Assembly (NCBI GenBank): GCA_963666565.1
Contig: OY762911.1
Span: 1,760,001-1,824,000, forward strand
DNA length: 64,000 bases
Direction of reading: 5' to 3'
Source: Thermoanaerobaculia bacterium
Lineage (GTDB): Bacteria; Acidobacteriota; Thermoanaerobaculia; Multivoradales; Multivoraceae
In this document: in pieces, positions 9,259 to 19,794 of the stretch
Layout: every line of letters begins with the position of its first letter
Numbering within the stretch: the stretch's first letter is position 1
Notes under the pieces: model-generated
What the model was told of the DNA's origin: nothing
Database searches by the model: none
The model's input: only the letters and a program-made list of their open reading frames with translations
Position numbers and translations under genes: made by a program

Positions 9259-10308
9259 CTAGCCCTCGTCCGCGTGCGGGCGGATCGCCACCTTGAGAGC
9301 CCGTCGTTCGCTCATCAGTTCGAGCGCTTCGCCGACGCGATCGAGCGGCAGTTCCCGCTCGATCAGCTTGCCGTAGCGCTCCGGCGCGCCGATCAGCCGG
9401 TCGAGGGCGGCGCGGAAGGAGAGCGGCCGGTAGTGGTAGACGCCGAGCAGGGTCTGCTCCCGGTAGTGGACCCGCTCGGCGTCGATCCTGAGCGTCGTTC
9501 CGGGCCGGCAGCCGCCGAACAGCGCGGCCACGCCGCCCCGGCCAAGGGAGGAGACGGCGAGGTCCCAGCCGGCCTGGCTGCCGGAGGCGTCGACGGTGAA
9601 GTCGAACGGACCGTCCGGCGCCTCGCCCTCCTCGCCGGCGCGGCCGCGGTGGACCTCCGCGGCGCCGAAGGTCCGGGCCACCTCGAGCCGGCGCGGATGC
9701 GGGTCGAGCACGCAGACGTTCGTCCGCACGCTGTGGAACAGGTCGGTCAGCATGAGGCCGAGGGGCCCGGCGCCGACGATCAGCGTTCGGGCGTCCGTCG
9801 GCGGCCCGCTCCAGGCGGCGAGGACGCGTTCGAGGCAGTGAACGGCGCAGGCGAGCGGCTCGGCGAGCGCGGCGGTGGCCGGTTCCAGGTCGGACGGCCG
9901 GCGATGGACGCCGTGCCGGGCGAACGCCGCCGGGATCAGCAGGTAGTCGGCGAAGGCGCCGTTCAGGTAGGCGAGTTCGCGGCACAGGTTCTCGCGCCGG
10001 TGGCGGCACGGCCGGCACTCGCCGCAGGGGGCGCTGTTGGCGACGACGATCGCGTCGCCCTCGGCGCGTTCCGCGCCGGCGCCGGCGCGGACGACGGTCC
10101 CCGTGACCTCGTGGCCGAAAGGCGCCGGGAGCGAGAGCATCGCGGGATGACCGCCGCGGCGCAGCACCTTGACGTCCGTGCCGCAGACGGTGGCGGCGTC
10201 GACGCGGATCAGGAGTTCGCCCGGCCCGGGCACCGGCATCGGCAGCGTCCTGAGTTCCAGGCTGCCGGGGCCGGTCAGGAACGCCTGGGTCTGGTGCCTT
10301 GGAATCAC
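9259..10308 (-). CDS. Zn-dependent alcohol dehydrogenase (MDR, sorbitol/threonine dehydrogenase-like)
   Basis: CGTD, GHE, CGECRPC...C structural Zn site, EPLAC, GAGPLG. Confidence 0.9.
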   Translation of the reverse strand: MIPRHQTQAFLTGPGSLELRTLPMPVPGPGELLIRVDAATVCGTDVKVLRRGGHPAMLSLPAPFGHEVTGTVVRAGAGAERAEGDAIVVANSAPCGECRPCRHRRENLCRELAYLNGAFADYLLIPAAFARHGVHRRPSDLEPATAALAEPLACAVHCLERVLAAWSGPPTDARTLIVGAGPLGLMLTDLFHSVRTNVCVLDPHPRRLEVARTFGAAEVHRGRAGEEGEAPDGPFDFTVDASGSQAGWDLAVSSLGRGGVAALFGGCRPGTTLRIDAERVHYREQTLLGVYHYRPLSFRAALDRLIGAPERYGKLIERELPLDRVGEALELMSERRALKVAIRPHADEG

Positions 10309-10396
10309 GAATGCGCTTCGTCCGCCGGAGGCGGGCCGCCGCGGCCGAGCGGCACTGTGTCGCCGGGCCGTCGTCGAGCCGGCCGCGGCCGCCGGA

Positions 10397-11485
10397 TCAC
10401 GGGTGCAACAGTACCTTGAGCGCTTCGCGCCGCCGGCAGAGATCGACGGCTTCGGCGGCCCGGGCCAGCGGCAGGCGGTGGGTGATCAGCGGCGTCGGAT
10501 CGAGGGCACCCCGGCTCAGCAGATCGAGCACGCGGGCCTGCTCCGCGGGGGTGCCGGAGTAGGCGCCGATGACCTGCCGCTCGGATTTGAACACCGCGTT
10601 GATGTCGAAGCTGACGCGGGCGTCGCCGGGAGCGTGAGCGAAGAGCACGATCCGTCCGCCCGGCCGGGTCGCTTCGAGGGCCAGGTCGAAGGCGGCCTGG
10701 CCGCCGGCGGTGTCGAACACGGCGTCGGCGCCTCCCCGCGGTCGACCGCGCGTCGCCACGGCGGCGAGGCGATCGGGCGGGACGGCCTCGTCGGCGCCGA
10801 GATCCAACGCGGTCGCTCGCCGGCCGGGGTCCGGCTCGGCGACGAGGATCCGGGCGCCGGGAAACTCGGCCCGCAGCACCAGCAGGTGGAGCAGGCCCAT
10901 CGACCCGGCGCCGACCACCGCGACCTCGGGCGCCGCGCCCGCGAGTCCGGCCCGGTCGGCCCGGAGCGGGTCGGAAGACCCGCGCACCCAGTGGGCCTCG
11001 CGCGCCGCGTCGGCGAGCCCGGCCCGGTCGATCCCTCGCAGTACGCACGCCGCGGGCTCGACGAACGCTGCCGCCTCGTCGGCCAGTTCCGCCGGGATCT
11101 TCCGCACCGTGCGTTCGACCGCCCGCGCCCGCAGGCGGATCCGTTCGCTGAAGCCGCCTGGATCCAGCAGGTTCTCGCCGAAGCGGGGGCACATCGTCTC
11201 GGCGCCGGCCCGGCACAGCCGGCAGTCGCCGCAGGGGGCGTGGTGCGGCGCCACGACCCGGTCGCCGGGCCTTAGACGGGCGGCGCGGCTCTCGATCACC
11301 CTGCCGACGACCTCGTGCCCCAGCACCTCGCCGGTCGCCCGCCCGGCGTCGGCCAGCTTGAAGAGGTCCGTTCCGCACAGGCCGCAACAGACCAGTTCGA
11401 TCAAGGCCTCGCCGGCGTCGATCGCCGGCGCCGGCGCCTCGGCCAATTCCAGGTTGCCGTCGGTGGTGGTGCGCGCGACCTTCAT
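10397..11485 (-). CDS. Zn-dependent alcohol dehydrogenase (MDR) with a repeat-derived loop insertion
   Basis: CGTD, GHE, CGDCRLC...C, EPAAC, GAGSMG. Confidence 0.9.
   Translation of the reverse strand: MKVARTTTDGNLELAEAPAPAIDAGEALIELVCCGLCGTDLFKLADAGRATGEVLGHEVVGRVIESRAARLRPGDRVVAPHHAPCGDCRLCRAGAETMCPRFGENLLDPGGFSERIRLRARAVERTVRKIPAELADEAAAFVEPAACVLRGIDRAGLADAAREAHWVRGSSDPLRADRAGLAGAAPEVAVVGAGSMGLLHLLVLRAEFPGARILVAEPDPGRRATALDLGADEAVPPDRLAAVATRGRPRGGADAVFDTAGGQAAFDLALEATRPGGRIVLFAHAPGDARVSFDINAVFKSERQVIGAYSGTPAEQARVLDLLSRGALDPTPLITHRLPLARAAEAVDLCRRREALKVLLHP
10965..10991. repeat. REP-like palindrome inside the ADH coding sequence
   Basis: AGCGGGTCGGAAGACCCGCGCACCCAG, identical over 27 nt to 26450-26476 and 52120-52146; translated as WVRGSSDPL. 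Confidence 0.9.
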
Positions 11486-11605
11486 CCGTCCAGTCGCCGA
11501 CGACTCCGTCGACGACCCGATCACCCTGATCCCCTTCGCAGGGATCATGTCATTCCGGCGGGCGGCCGTTCGAGCGATCCGCGGCTCGCGGCGCCGGCCG
11601 CCGCT

Positions 11606-11634
11606 TTGACTCGGAGGGCGGACTCGTGTACGTT
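11606..11634 (+). promoter_or_regulatory. Sigma70-type promoter of the DEAD-box helicase
   Basis: TTGACT-17 nt-TACGTT; implies a 5' UTR of about 155 nt ending in an AGGAG RBS. Confidence 0.6.
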
Positions 11635-11797
11635 GCGCCTTCCGCCGGGTTCCAGCAGTCCCCTGGTCGCGATGAAGACAGACGGCGCTCGATCGCCGCG
11701 CCAGGGTCGACGCAGCGGTGGACATCGGTCCTCCCCCGCTCTCTCGCCCGCGCCCCATCGCTCATCTCCATCTCCCAGTCAGAGGAGTCGTTCCCTT

Positions 11798-13237
11798 ATG
11801 CCCAGGAAGTCTCACGCAGCCGGCCGGCGCTCGTCCGGTCGACGTTCGTCCGGCCGAAGGCCCGCCGGCCGCGGCCGGTTCGGCCGCACGCCCCAAAGTC
11901 ACGATGCCGTATGCACCGAATGCGACAGCCCGACAACCGTTCCCTTCCGGCCCGCCCCCGGCAGGCCCGTGTACTGCCGCTCCTGTTTCACCGACCGTCG
12001 TGACGGCGCCGCCGGCCCGGCGAAGGCCGCTCCGCCGAAGGCCGCTCCGGCCAGCCGGGCGGCGAACGGCAGCCATCGTCGGGCGGAACGTGCCGGCAGT
12101 CGTGGACGAGACCCGCACTCCGGCGCCGTCTTCGGCGGCATCGAGCTCACGCGCGCGACCAGGGCGGCGATCGGCCGCATGGCCATCTCCGAGCCGACGC
12201 CGATTCAGGAGCAGGCGATCCCCGCTCTGCTGGCGGGGCGGGACCTGGTCGGGAAGGCCCAGACCGGATCCGGAAAGACGCTGGCCTTTGCCGTGCCCAT
12301 CGCTGAAGTCTGCGATCCGTCGATCCGGCGGGTTCAGGCGCTGGTGCTGGCGCCGACCCGGGAGTTGGCGCTCCAGGTGGCCGGCGTCATCTTCCGTCTG
12401 GCTTCGCCGCGGGGCGTGTCCGTGACGCAGGTCGTCGGCGGCCGGCCGATCAGGCGCGAGCAGGCGGCGTTGAGGCGAGGCGTCGATGTCGTCGTCGGCA
12501 CGCCGGGCCGGACGCTGGACCACCTGCGGCAGGGCTCCCTGGATCTGGGCGCCGTGCGCTTCCTCGTCCTGGACGAGGCGGACGAGATGCTGGACCAGGG
12601 CTTCGCCCGCGACGTCGAGGCGATTCTCGGCCGCACGCCCGATTCGCGACAGACGGCCCTGTTCTCGGCCACCATGCCCAACTGGGTGGCGAACACGGCG
12701 AAGAAGTACCTGCGCAACCCGGTGAAGGTCGAGATCGACGCCGGACTCCAGGAGCCGACGGTGGAGCATCTGGTCTATTCGATCCAGCGGGACGACAAGA
12801 TGAAGGCGCTCCGGACGCTGCTGGACGATCGCGGCGGCGACCCGATCCTCGTCTTCGGCCGAACGAAGCACGGGGTCAGGAAGCTGGCGAAGAAGCTCGA
12901 TGCGCTGGGCTATCCGGTGGGAGCGCTGCAGGGCAACCTCAGCCAGGGCGCCCGCGAGCGGGTGATGCGGGGCTTCCGTTCCGGCGCCGCGCCGATTCTG
13001 GTGGCGACGAACGTGGCTGCCCGAGGCCTCGACGTTCAGGGCATCGGTCAGGTCATCAACTACGACCTGCCGGACTCCCAGCGGCTGTTCACGCACCGGG
13101 TCGGACGGACGGGCCGCATGGGGCGTTCCGGGGAGGCCGTGACGTTCATCACGCCGGACGAAGAGCGGAAGTGGCGCGAGATCGAGCGGGGGCTGGGACG
13201 CCGGTTCCGCCGCCGGCCGTGGCGCGCAACGGCGTAG
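11798..13237 (+). CDS. DEAD-box RNA helicase with N-terminal CxxC-x17-CxxC zinc-ribbon domain
   Basis: PTPIQ, AQTGSGKT, PTRELA, GTPGR, DEAD, SAT, ARGLD, HRVGRTGR; N-terminal CTEC...VPFRP...VYCRSC. Confidence 0.95.
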   Translation: MPRKSHAAGRRSSGRRSSGRRPAGRGRFGRTPQSHDAVCTECDSPTTVPFRPAPGRPVYCRSCFTDRRDGAAGPAKAAPPKAAPASRAANGSHRRAERAGSRGRDPHSGAVFGGIELTRATRAAIGRMAISEPTPIQEQAIPALLAGRDLVGKAQTGSGKTLAFAVPIAEVCDPSIRRVQALVLAPTRELALQVAGVIFRLASPRGVSVTQVVGGRPIRREQAALRRGVDVVVGTPGRTLDHLRQGSLDLGAVRFLVLDEADEMLDQGFARDVEAILGRTPDSRQTALFSATMPNWVANTAKKYLRNPVKVEIDAGLQEPTVEHLVYSIQRDDKMKALRTLLDDRGGDPILVFGRTKHGVRKLAKKLDALGYPVGALQGNLSQGARERVMRGFRSGAAPILVATNVAARGLDVQGIGQVINYDLPDSQRLFTHRVGRTGRMGRSGEAVTFITPDEERKWREIERGLGRRFRRRPWRATA

Positions 13238-13254
13238 AGGCCGGGTCCCGTTTC

Positions 13255-14382
13255 TCAGTCGCCGGCGGGTTCGCTCGGCCGGGGTTGTCGCGAGGGCGCT
13301 TCCCGGATGTGAACGTCGTGCTGAGTGAAGGGAATCTCGATCCCGGCGGCGGCGAAGGCCTTGTGCGTTGCCTTGACCAGTTCGTGGGTCACGATGCCGC
13401 GGAACACCGGCTCCTCTACCCAGCACAACAACTCGTAGTCGATCGAGGACGGGCCAAACGTCCGGAACCGCACGCGGGGCGAAGGCTGCTCGCACACCTT
13501 CTCGTTCTCGGCCGCCACCCGAAGCTGGACGGCTTCGACCTGATCGGCGTCGCTGGCGTAGGCGACGCCGACGCGGACCCGGATCCGGTACTTGACGTGG
13601 GGGCCGCCGCTCTCGTTGTTGATCTTGGCGTTGCCCATCACCGCGTTGGGGATCGTGACCTCGATGTCGTCGCGGGTGAGCAGCCGGGTGCTGCGGATGC
13701 CGATCTCGGTGACCATGCCGCGTTCGCCGGAATCGAGCGTGATGAAGTCGCCGATCTTGTACGGCCCGTCCGCGAAGATGAAGATGCCGGCAAAGAGGTT
13801 GGCCAGGGTGTCGCGGGCGGCGAAACCGATCGCCAGTCCGGCTATGCCGCCGGCCGCCAGCAGGCCGGAGACGTCGTAGCCCCAGATCTTGATCGCCAGG
13901 TAGGCGCCCAGGATGACGATCGCGACCTTGGCCAGGTTCTCGAACAGCGGCTCGGTGTGCTTGGAGACGAGACCGCCCCTCTGCCGTTGACGCGACACCG
14001 CTCGCAGCAGGACGGTCGAGGCGCGCAGCCCGGCCACGGCCCAGAACAGCAGCGCCACGGTCTGTATGGCGTTGCCGACCATCCTCTCCGTTGCGTCGAC
14101 GATGGGCATCCTCGCGATGCCGATGCGGATGCCGATGAGGAACACCGACACGAAGAGAGGCCAGTGCGCCGCCTCGAGCAGCCGGTCGTCGACTTCCGTC
14201 TCGGTGCGGGCGAACGCGCGCGCCACGATTCTCTTGAGGAACAGCCAGACCAGCCAGGCGACGAGCGCGGAGACAAGCGCCACCGCGGCCAGTTGGAGCC
14301 ATGGGCTCTCGGCGTAGAGCGGCAGGACGTCCGCGAGGCGTTCTTCGAGGCCGGTCAGTCTGCTGGCGTTTTCTTCTTCCAT
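13255..14382 (-). CDS. mscS: Small-conductance mechanosensitive channel
   Basis: GIAGLAIGFAARDTLANLFAG, PYKIGDFI, GIRSTR, TIPN, GIEIPF. Confidence 0.9.
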   Translation of the reverse strand: MEEENASRLTGLEERLADVLPLYAESPWLQLAAVALVSALVAWLVWLFLKRIVARAFARTETEVDDRLLEAAHWPLFVSVFLIGIRIGIARMPIVDATERMVGNAIQTVALLFWAVAGLRASTVLLRAVSRQRQRGGLVSKHTEPLFENLAKVAIVILGAYLAIKIWGYDVSGLLAAGGIAGLAIGFAARDTLANLFAGIFIFADGPYKIGDFITLDSGERGMVTEIGIRSTRLLTRDDIEVTIPNAVMGNAKINNESGGPHVKYRIRVRVGVAYASDADQVEAVQLRVAAENEKVCEQPSPRVRFRTFGPSSIDYELLCWVEEPVFRGIVTHELVKATHKAFAAAGIEIPFTQHDVHIREAPSRQPRPSEPAGD

Positions 14383-14459
14383 GAGCGCGGGGTCGGCGGG
14401 CGGGTTCGTCCCGATTGCTACGATAGCCCACGCCCGCGACGGGCCCGGGGGTGCCGCGA

Positions 14460-14840
14460 ATGAACTGGCTGGTTGTCGGATTGCTGATGTGCGCGGCCTC
14501 CGTGGCCGCGGGCGCCTTCGGCGCCCACGGATTGCGGTCCGCACTCGACGCGGAACACCTGGCGCTGTGGGAGACGGCGGCGCGCTACCTGATGTACGGC
14601 GGAGTCGTGGTGGCTCTCCTGGGACTGGCCGGGCGTGCCTCGAACGCCGACCCGAGGCTCGCCGGCTGGCTGCTGTTCGCAGGGTCCCTGATCTTCTCCG
14701 GGACGGTGGCGGCAATTGCCGTTGGCGGCCCGCGCTGGCTGGGCGCGATCACGCCGGTGGGCGGGACCCTCCTGATCGCCGGCATCCTCGTGTTCACCTG
14801 GAAGATGCTGGAGCGTCCGGGGCCGCCGGCAGGCTTCTAG
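14460..14840 (+). CDS. DUF423 (YgdD/TMEM256) membrane protein
   Basis: GAFGAHGL, WETAARY, IFSGT, LGAITPVGG. Confidence 0.9.
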   Translation: MNWLVVGLLMCAASVAAGAFGAHGLRSALDAEHLALWETAARYLMYGGVVVALLGLAGRASNADPRLAGWLLFAGSLIFSGTVAAIAVGGPRWLGAITPVGGTLLIAGILVFTWKMLERPGPPAGF

Positions 14841-14917
14841 AACCCCCGCCGCGCGCGGTCTATGCTGCGGCCTCCGCTGCGCCGCTGCAGCCCCCGAACT
14901 TTCAGGAGATAGCGAGA

Positions 14918-16546
<1,629 letters not shown>

Positions 16547-16560
16547 ACGGCTGGCGCGGC

Positions 16561-16842
16561 GTGATCGTCGATTGTGCGGACAAGCGCACCAGGGCGTTCT
16601 ACAACGGCCGCCGGATCGCAGCGTTCTCGGGCTTCGCCCGGACGGCCTCGCGAAAGCTCGACCAGCTCGATGCGGCCACGAGCCTGGGCGACTTGGCCAG
16701 GCCGGGCAACCGCCTGAAGGCACTCAAGGGGCGCCGCAAGGGACAGTGGAGTATTCGCATCAACGACCAATGGCGGATCTGCTTCATGTGGCCCGCCGGA
16801 AGCCCCGGCCCCACGGACGTCGAGATCGTGGACTACCATTGA
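16561..16842 (+). CDS. higB: HigB-like (RelE/ParE) toxin
   Basis: PGNRLKALKG..KGQWSIRINDQWRICF...VEIVDYH; toxin precedes antitoxin. Confidence 0.92.
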   Translation: MIVDCADKRTRAFYNGRRIAAFSGFARTASRKLDQLDAATSLGDLARPGNRLKALKGRRKGQWSIRINDQWRICFMWPAGSPGPTDVEIVDYH

Positions 16843-16856
16843 GACGGAGGCACAAG

Positions 16857-17162
16857 ATGCGCGAACCCATTCATCCCGGCGAGACGCTGCGCGAGGATCT
16901 CGACGCGCTCGGCATGAGCGCGGCGGAACTGGCACGGCGGATCGATGTGCCGGTGAGCCGGATCACAGGAATTCTCAACGGTCGACGAGCCGTTACGGGC
17001 GACACGGCTCTTCGGCTCGGACGTTTCTTCGGCACCTCGGGGGAGTTCTGGCTCAACCTGCAGAAGCTCTACGAGCTGCGGCTTGCGGAACGGGAAAGCG
17101 GGTCGGCGATCTCTCGGCTTCCGACCCTGGATGCAGGCGGGGGCTTGCAAGCGGGGGGATGA
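16857..17162 (+). CDS. higA: HigA Xre-type antitoxin
   Basis: PIHPGETLREDL, HTH, ALRLGRFFGTSGEFWLNLQ. Confidence 0.92.
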   Translation: MREPIHPGETLREDLDALGMSAAELARRIDVPVSRITGILNGRRAVTGDTALRLGRFFGTSGEFWLNLQKLYELRLAERESGSAISRLPTLDAGGGLQAGG

Positions 17163-17271
17163 GCGCCTCCGGTTGACGGGACGTGCCTTGCTCCTTCTCG
17201 ATGGCGGTAGCCGGAACTTTGTTGATCGACTGCACTACCCTCCAACGGCGGACAACAGACCGGAGTTGAAC

Positions 17272-17856
17272 ATGCCCCGAATCCTGACGGTTGCAGCGCT
17301 GTTTGTCGTTGCCCTGGTCGCCGGCCGAACGACGCCGGCAGTCGCCCACGACGGTCCGCACGAAATGGCGGACCACTGCGTAACCTGGAGCGTGACGACG
17401 TTGGTTCAGCCGAGCTACCTGGCTCCCGACAAGGCCGAGGTGGAGGTCGAGGTCACGAACTTCTGCACCTACCCGGTTGCCGCGAGCTTCTGTTTCCGAA
17501 CTCGGGACGGGTTCAACCGGGACGACATCGCTTGCCGGCGCTCCGCCTTGGATTCGAGTTCAGATGGTGGGTTCCTGGCCCCTGGCCAGACGTGGACCGA
17601 ACCGCACTTCCAGCGCCGCCGACCGCCGCGGGTGGACCTGCAACGGGGTACGGCGGTGTACTGGTGGCAATCCGCCTGCCGCGTGTCCGAGGATGACCAC
17701 TGGACCGACCTTGATGCCTTTTGCATCCTGGAAACGAACGAAGGATTTACCCCGGACGGAACCCACAAACCGGCAACGCTCGTTTTTCGGGGTAAGGCCG
17801 ACCACCGTGAACAGATCCCTCCGACAACGACGAAACGAATCCCGCCCCTTCGCTAG
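17272..17856 (+). CDS. Hypothetical secreted protein with six Cys
   Basis: GGAG RBS; signal peptide ending PAVA-H; codon usage more AT-rich than the flanks. Confidence 0.6.
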   Translation: MPRILTVAALFVVALVAGRTTPAVAHDGPHEMADHCVTWSVTTLVQPSYLAPDKAEVEVEVTNFCTYPVAASFCFRTRDGFNRDDIACRRSALDSSSDGGFLAPGQTWTEPHFQRRRPPRVDLQRGTAVYWWQSACRVSEDDHWTDLDAFCILETNEGFTPDGTHKPATLVFRGKADHREQIPPTTTKRIPPLR

Positions 17857-18141
17857 CCCCACCAGTAGAACAGCCTCGCCACCGGCCCGCGCCCCGCTAG
17901 TTCGGATTCGGTATAAGCCGTCGCCGTGCGGGGATCGGGCCACCGGTCCGTCTGCATGAGTTTCGCCGTTGACCCGGCAGTTCGGAGAACTCAGGAAGCA
18001 GCCAGAGCCGAGCCGAAGGAGCGCAGGGTGCCGCAGGTCCTGGAGCGTTCGGTCCACCGTCGCGGCTTCCGCGACCCGCACCGGAGCGCCGCCAGCTAAC
18101 CGCGGCCAGGAGCTGCCGACTTCATCGGTTCGTGAGCGGAG

Positions 18142-19569
18142 TTACCGCAGCCGGTTCACCGCCGCCATCATCGACTCGACGTCGGTGTACTTCTCGCGGA
18201 CCTTGCTCTGCGCCTCTCCGAGCCGAACCTCGTCCTCGTCGAGCCGGTTCCAGTCGTCGAAGCTCACGAAGTCGACGCCGCGGTCGCGCAGCAGTTCGAC
18301 GATCCTCTCCGGGGCCCTGGCGGGGTCGGCCGGGGCCGTCACGCCGTCGATGTCCTCGATCATCTTCTTGACGGTGGCGGTCGAGTCGGGGCTGTTCGTG
18401 CCGATCAGTCCGGTCGGGCCTCGCTTGGCCCAGCCGACGACGTACTGGCCCGGCACGATCTCGCCGTCCGGCTCGGTCTGCAGGCGGCCTTCGTCGTTGG
18501 GCAGGACGCCCCAGCGCTCGTGGAACGGGACGCCCGGCAGCGGGACGCCGCGATAGCCGACGGCCTTGAACACCAGGTCGACGTCCAGGGTCTCCGTTTC
18601 GCCGGTGCCTCGCGGCCGGGGCGTGCCGTCGTCGGCGGCGTAGAGCTCGTTCTTCTCGATCACGACCCGGCTCACCCGGCCGTCGTCGCCCGCCTGGAGG
18701 TCGATGGGCGAAACGAGGAAGCGGCAGGTGACGAGACGGTCGTCGTCGCCGGCCGTGGCGCCGGCGATCTCGCTCAGATAGGTCACGTTGCGGCGCGCGC
18801 TGGGCGCGGCGCTCTCCTCGAGCCAGGTGCTGCTGATCTCGTCGAGGTCCATCTCCGCTTCGGACACCAGCAGGCTGACACCTTCGAGCGATCCGATCTC
18901 CTTGATTTCCTGGGGTGAGAACGCCGCCTGCGCCGGTCCCCGGCGGCCTAGCAGGACGACCTCCTCGACCCTGCTCTCCCGGAGCACGTCGAGCGATTCG
19001 GCGGTGATGTCGGTGGGAGCGAGCTCGTCCGGGCTGCGCGCGAGCACGCGGGTCACGTCCATCGCCACGTTGCCGTTGCCGACGACGGCGACGCGCCGCG
19101 CCGAGGCCAGGTCGAAGCTGCGATCCTGGAAGTCGGGATGGCCGTTGTACCAGCCGACGAACTCGGTCGCCGAGTGGACGCCGGGAAGTTCCTCGCCCGG
19201 GATCCCCATCTTCCGGTCCGACTCGTTGCCCGTCGCGTAGACGATGTGGTCGTAATGCCTGAGAAGGTCCTCGACCGAGACATCGCGGCCGAGTTCGACG
19301 TTGCCGAAGAAGCGGAAGCGGTCATGCTGTGCGGTGCGGTTGTAGACCCGGATGACGTTCTTGATCTTCTGATGATCGGGCGCGACACCTCCGCGTACCA
19401 AGCCGAAGGGCGTGGGCAGGCGATCGAACAGATCGACATCGGCCTCGAGACCGTCCGCCTTGAACAGCGCGGCTATCGCGTAGAAGCCGCTGGGACCGGA
19501 GCCGATCACGGCAACCCGCAGCGGTCGTTCACTGCTGCCGAGAGGCCAGCTTCCTGAGGTCTCGTGCAC
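18142..19569 (-). CDS. Ferredoxin--NADP+ reductase (FprA/adrenodoxin-reductase type)
   Basis: GSGPSG, PFGLVRGGVAPDH, FVGWYNGHP, GNGNVAMD, GRRGP, GWAKRGPTGLIG. Confidence 0.93.
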   Translation of the reverse strand: MHETSGSWPLGSSERPLRVAVIGSGPSGFYAIAALFKADGLEADVDLFDRLPTPFGLVRGGVAPDHQKIKNVIRVYNRTAQHDRFRFFGNVELGRDVSVEDLLRHYDHIVYATGNESDRKMGIPGEELPGVHSATEFVGWYNGHPDFQDRSFDLASARRVAVVGNGNVAMDVTRVLARSPDELAPTDITAESLDVLRESRVEEVVLLGRRGPAQAAFSPQEIKEIGSLEGVSLLVSEAEMDLDEISSTWLEESAAPSARRNVTYLSEIAGATAGDDDRLVTCRFLVSPIDLQAGDDGRVSRVVIEKNELYAADDGTPRPRGTGETETLDVDLVFKAVGYRGVPLPGVPFHERWGVLPNDEGRLQTEPDGEIVPGQYVVGWAKRGPTGLIGTNSPDSTATVKKMIEDIDGVTAPADPARAPERIVELLRDRGVDFVSFDDWNRLDEDEVRLGEAQSKVREKYTDVESMMAAVNRLR

Positions 19570-19699
19570 TTGTTCCTCGCCTCCGCGCCCGGCAGACGCG
19601 GTCTTCGTTCCGGTGTCGGGTAAGGTCGATCAGTCGGGAATCATAGCGTCGCGCCAGCCGGCGCCGCTCCGGCGCATGGCAAGGCTGGCCGGCGGCATT

Positions 19700-19723
19700 T
19701 GTCAACGCGGCTAAGTGTTGACA
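19700..19723. promoter_or_regulatory. Palindromic site TGTCAAC-N10-GTTGACA between divergent genes
   Basis: Perfect 7-bp inverted repeat in an AT-richer intergenic patch. Confidence 0.4.
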
Positions 19724-19794
19724 TGATTAGACATACGCCGCTCCGGCCCGCTCGGTCAGGCGGACCGCGGTGGGAAACTCTGGGGGAGAATGCC

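Noticed and set aside
11762-14431. 889-aa ORF and the many other long alternative-frame or antisense ORFs (e.g. 20377-23079, 23294-25807, 29048-31567, 45891-48212)
   Set aside because: They overlap motif-supported genes and have no family motifs; typical high-GC artefacts
17860-18135. Possible decayed gene (faint TrmH-like pattern on the minus strand) or ncRNA
   Set aside because: Similarity too weak to support by eye; no recognisable RNA motif
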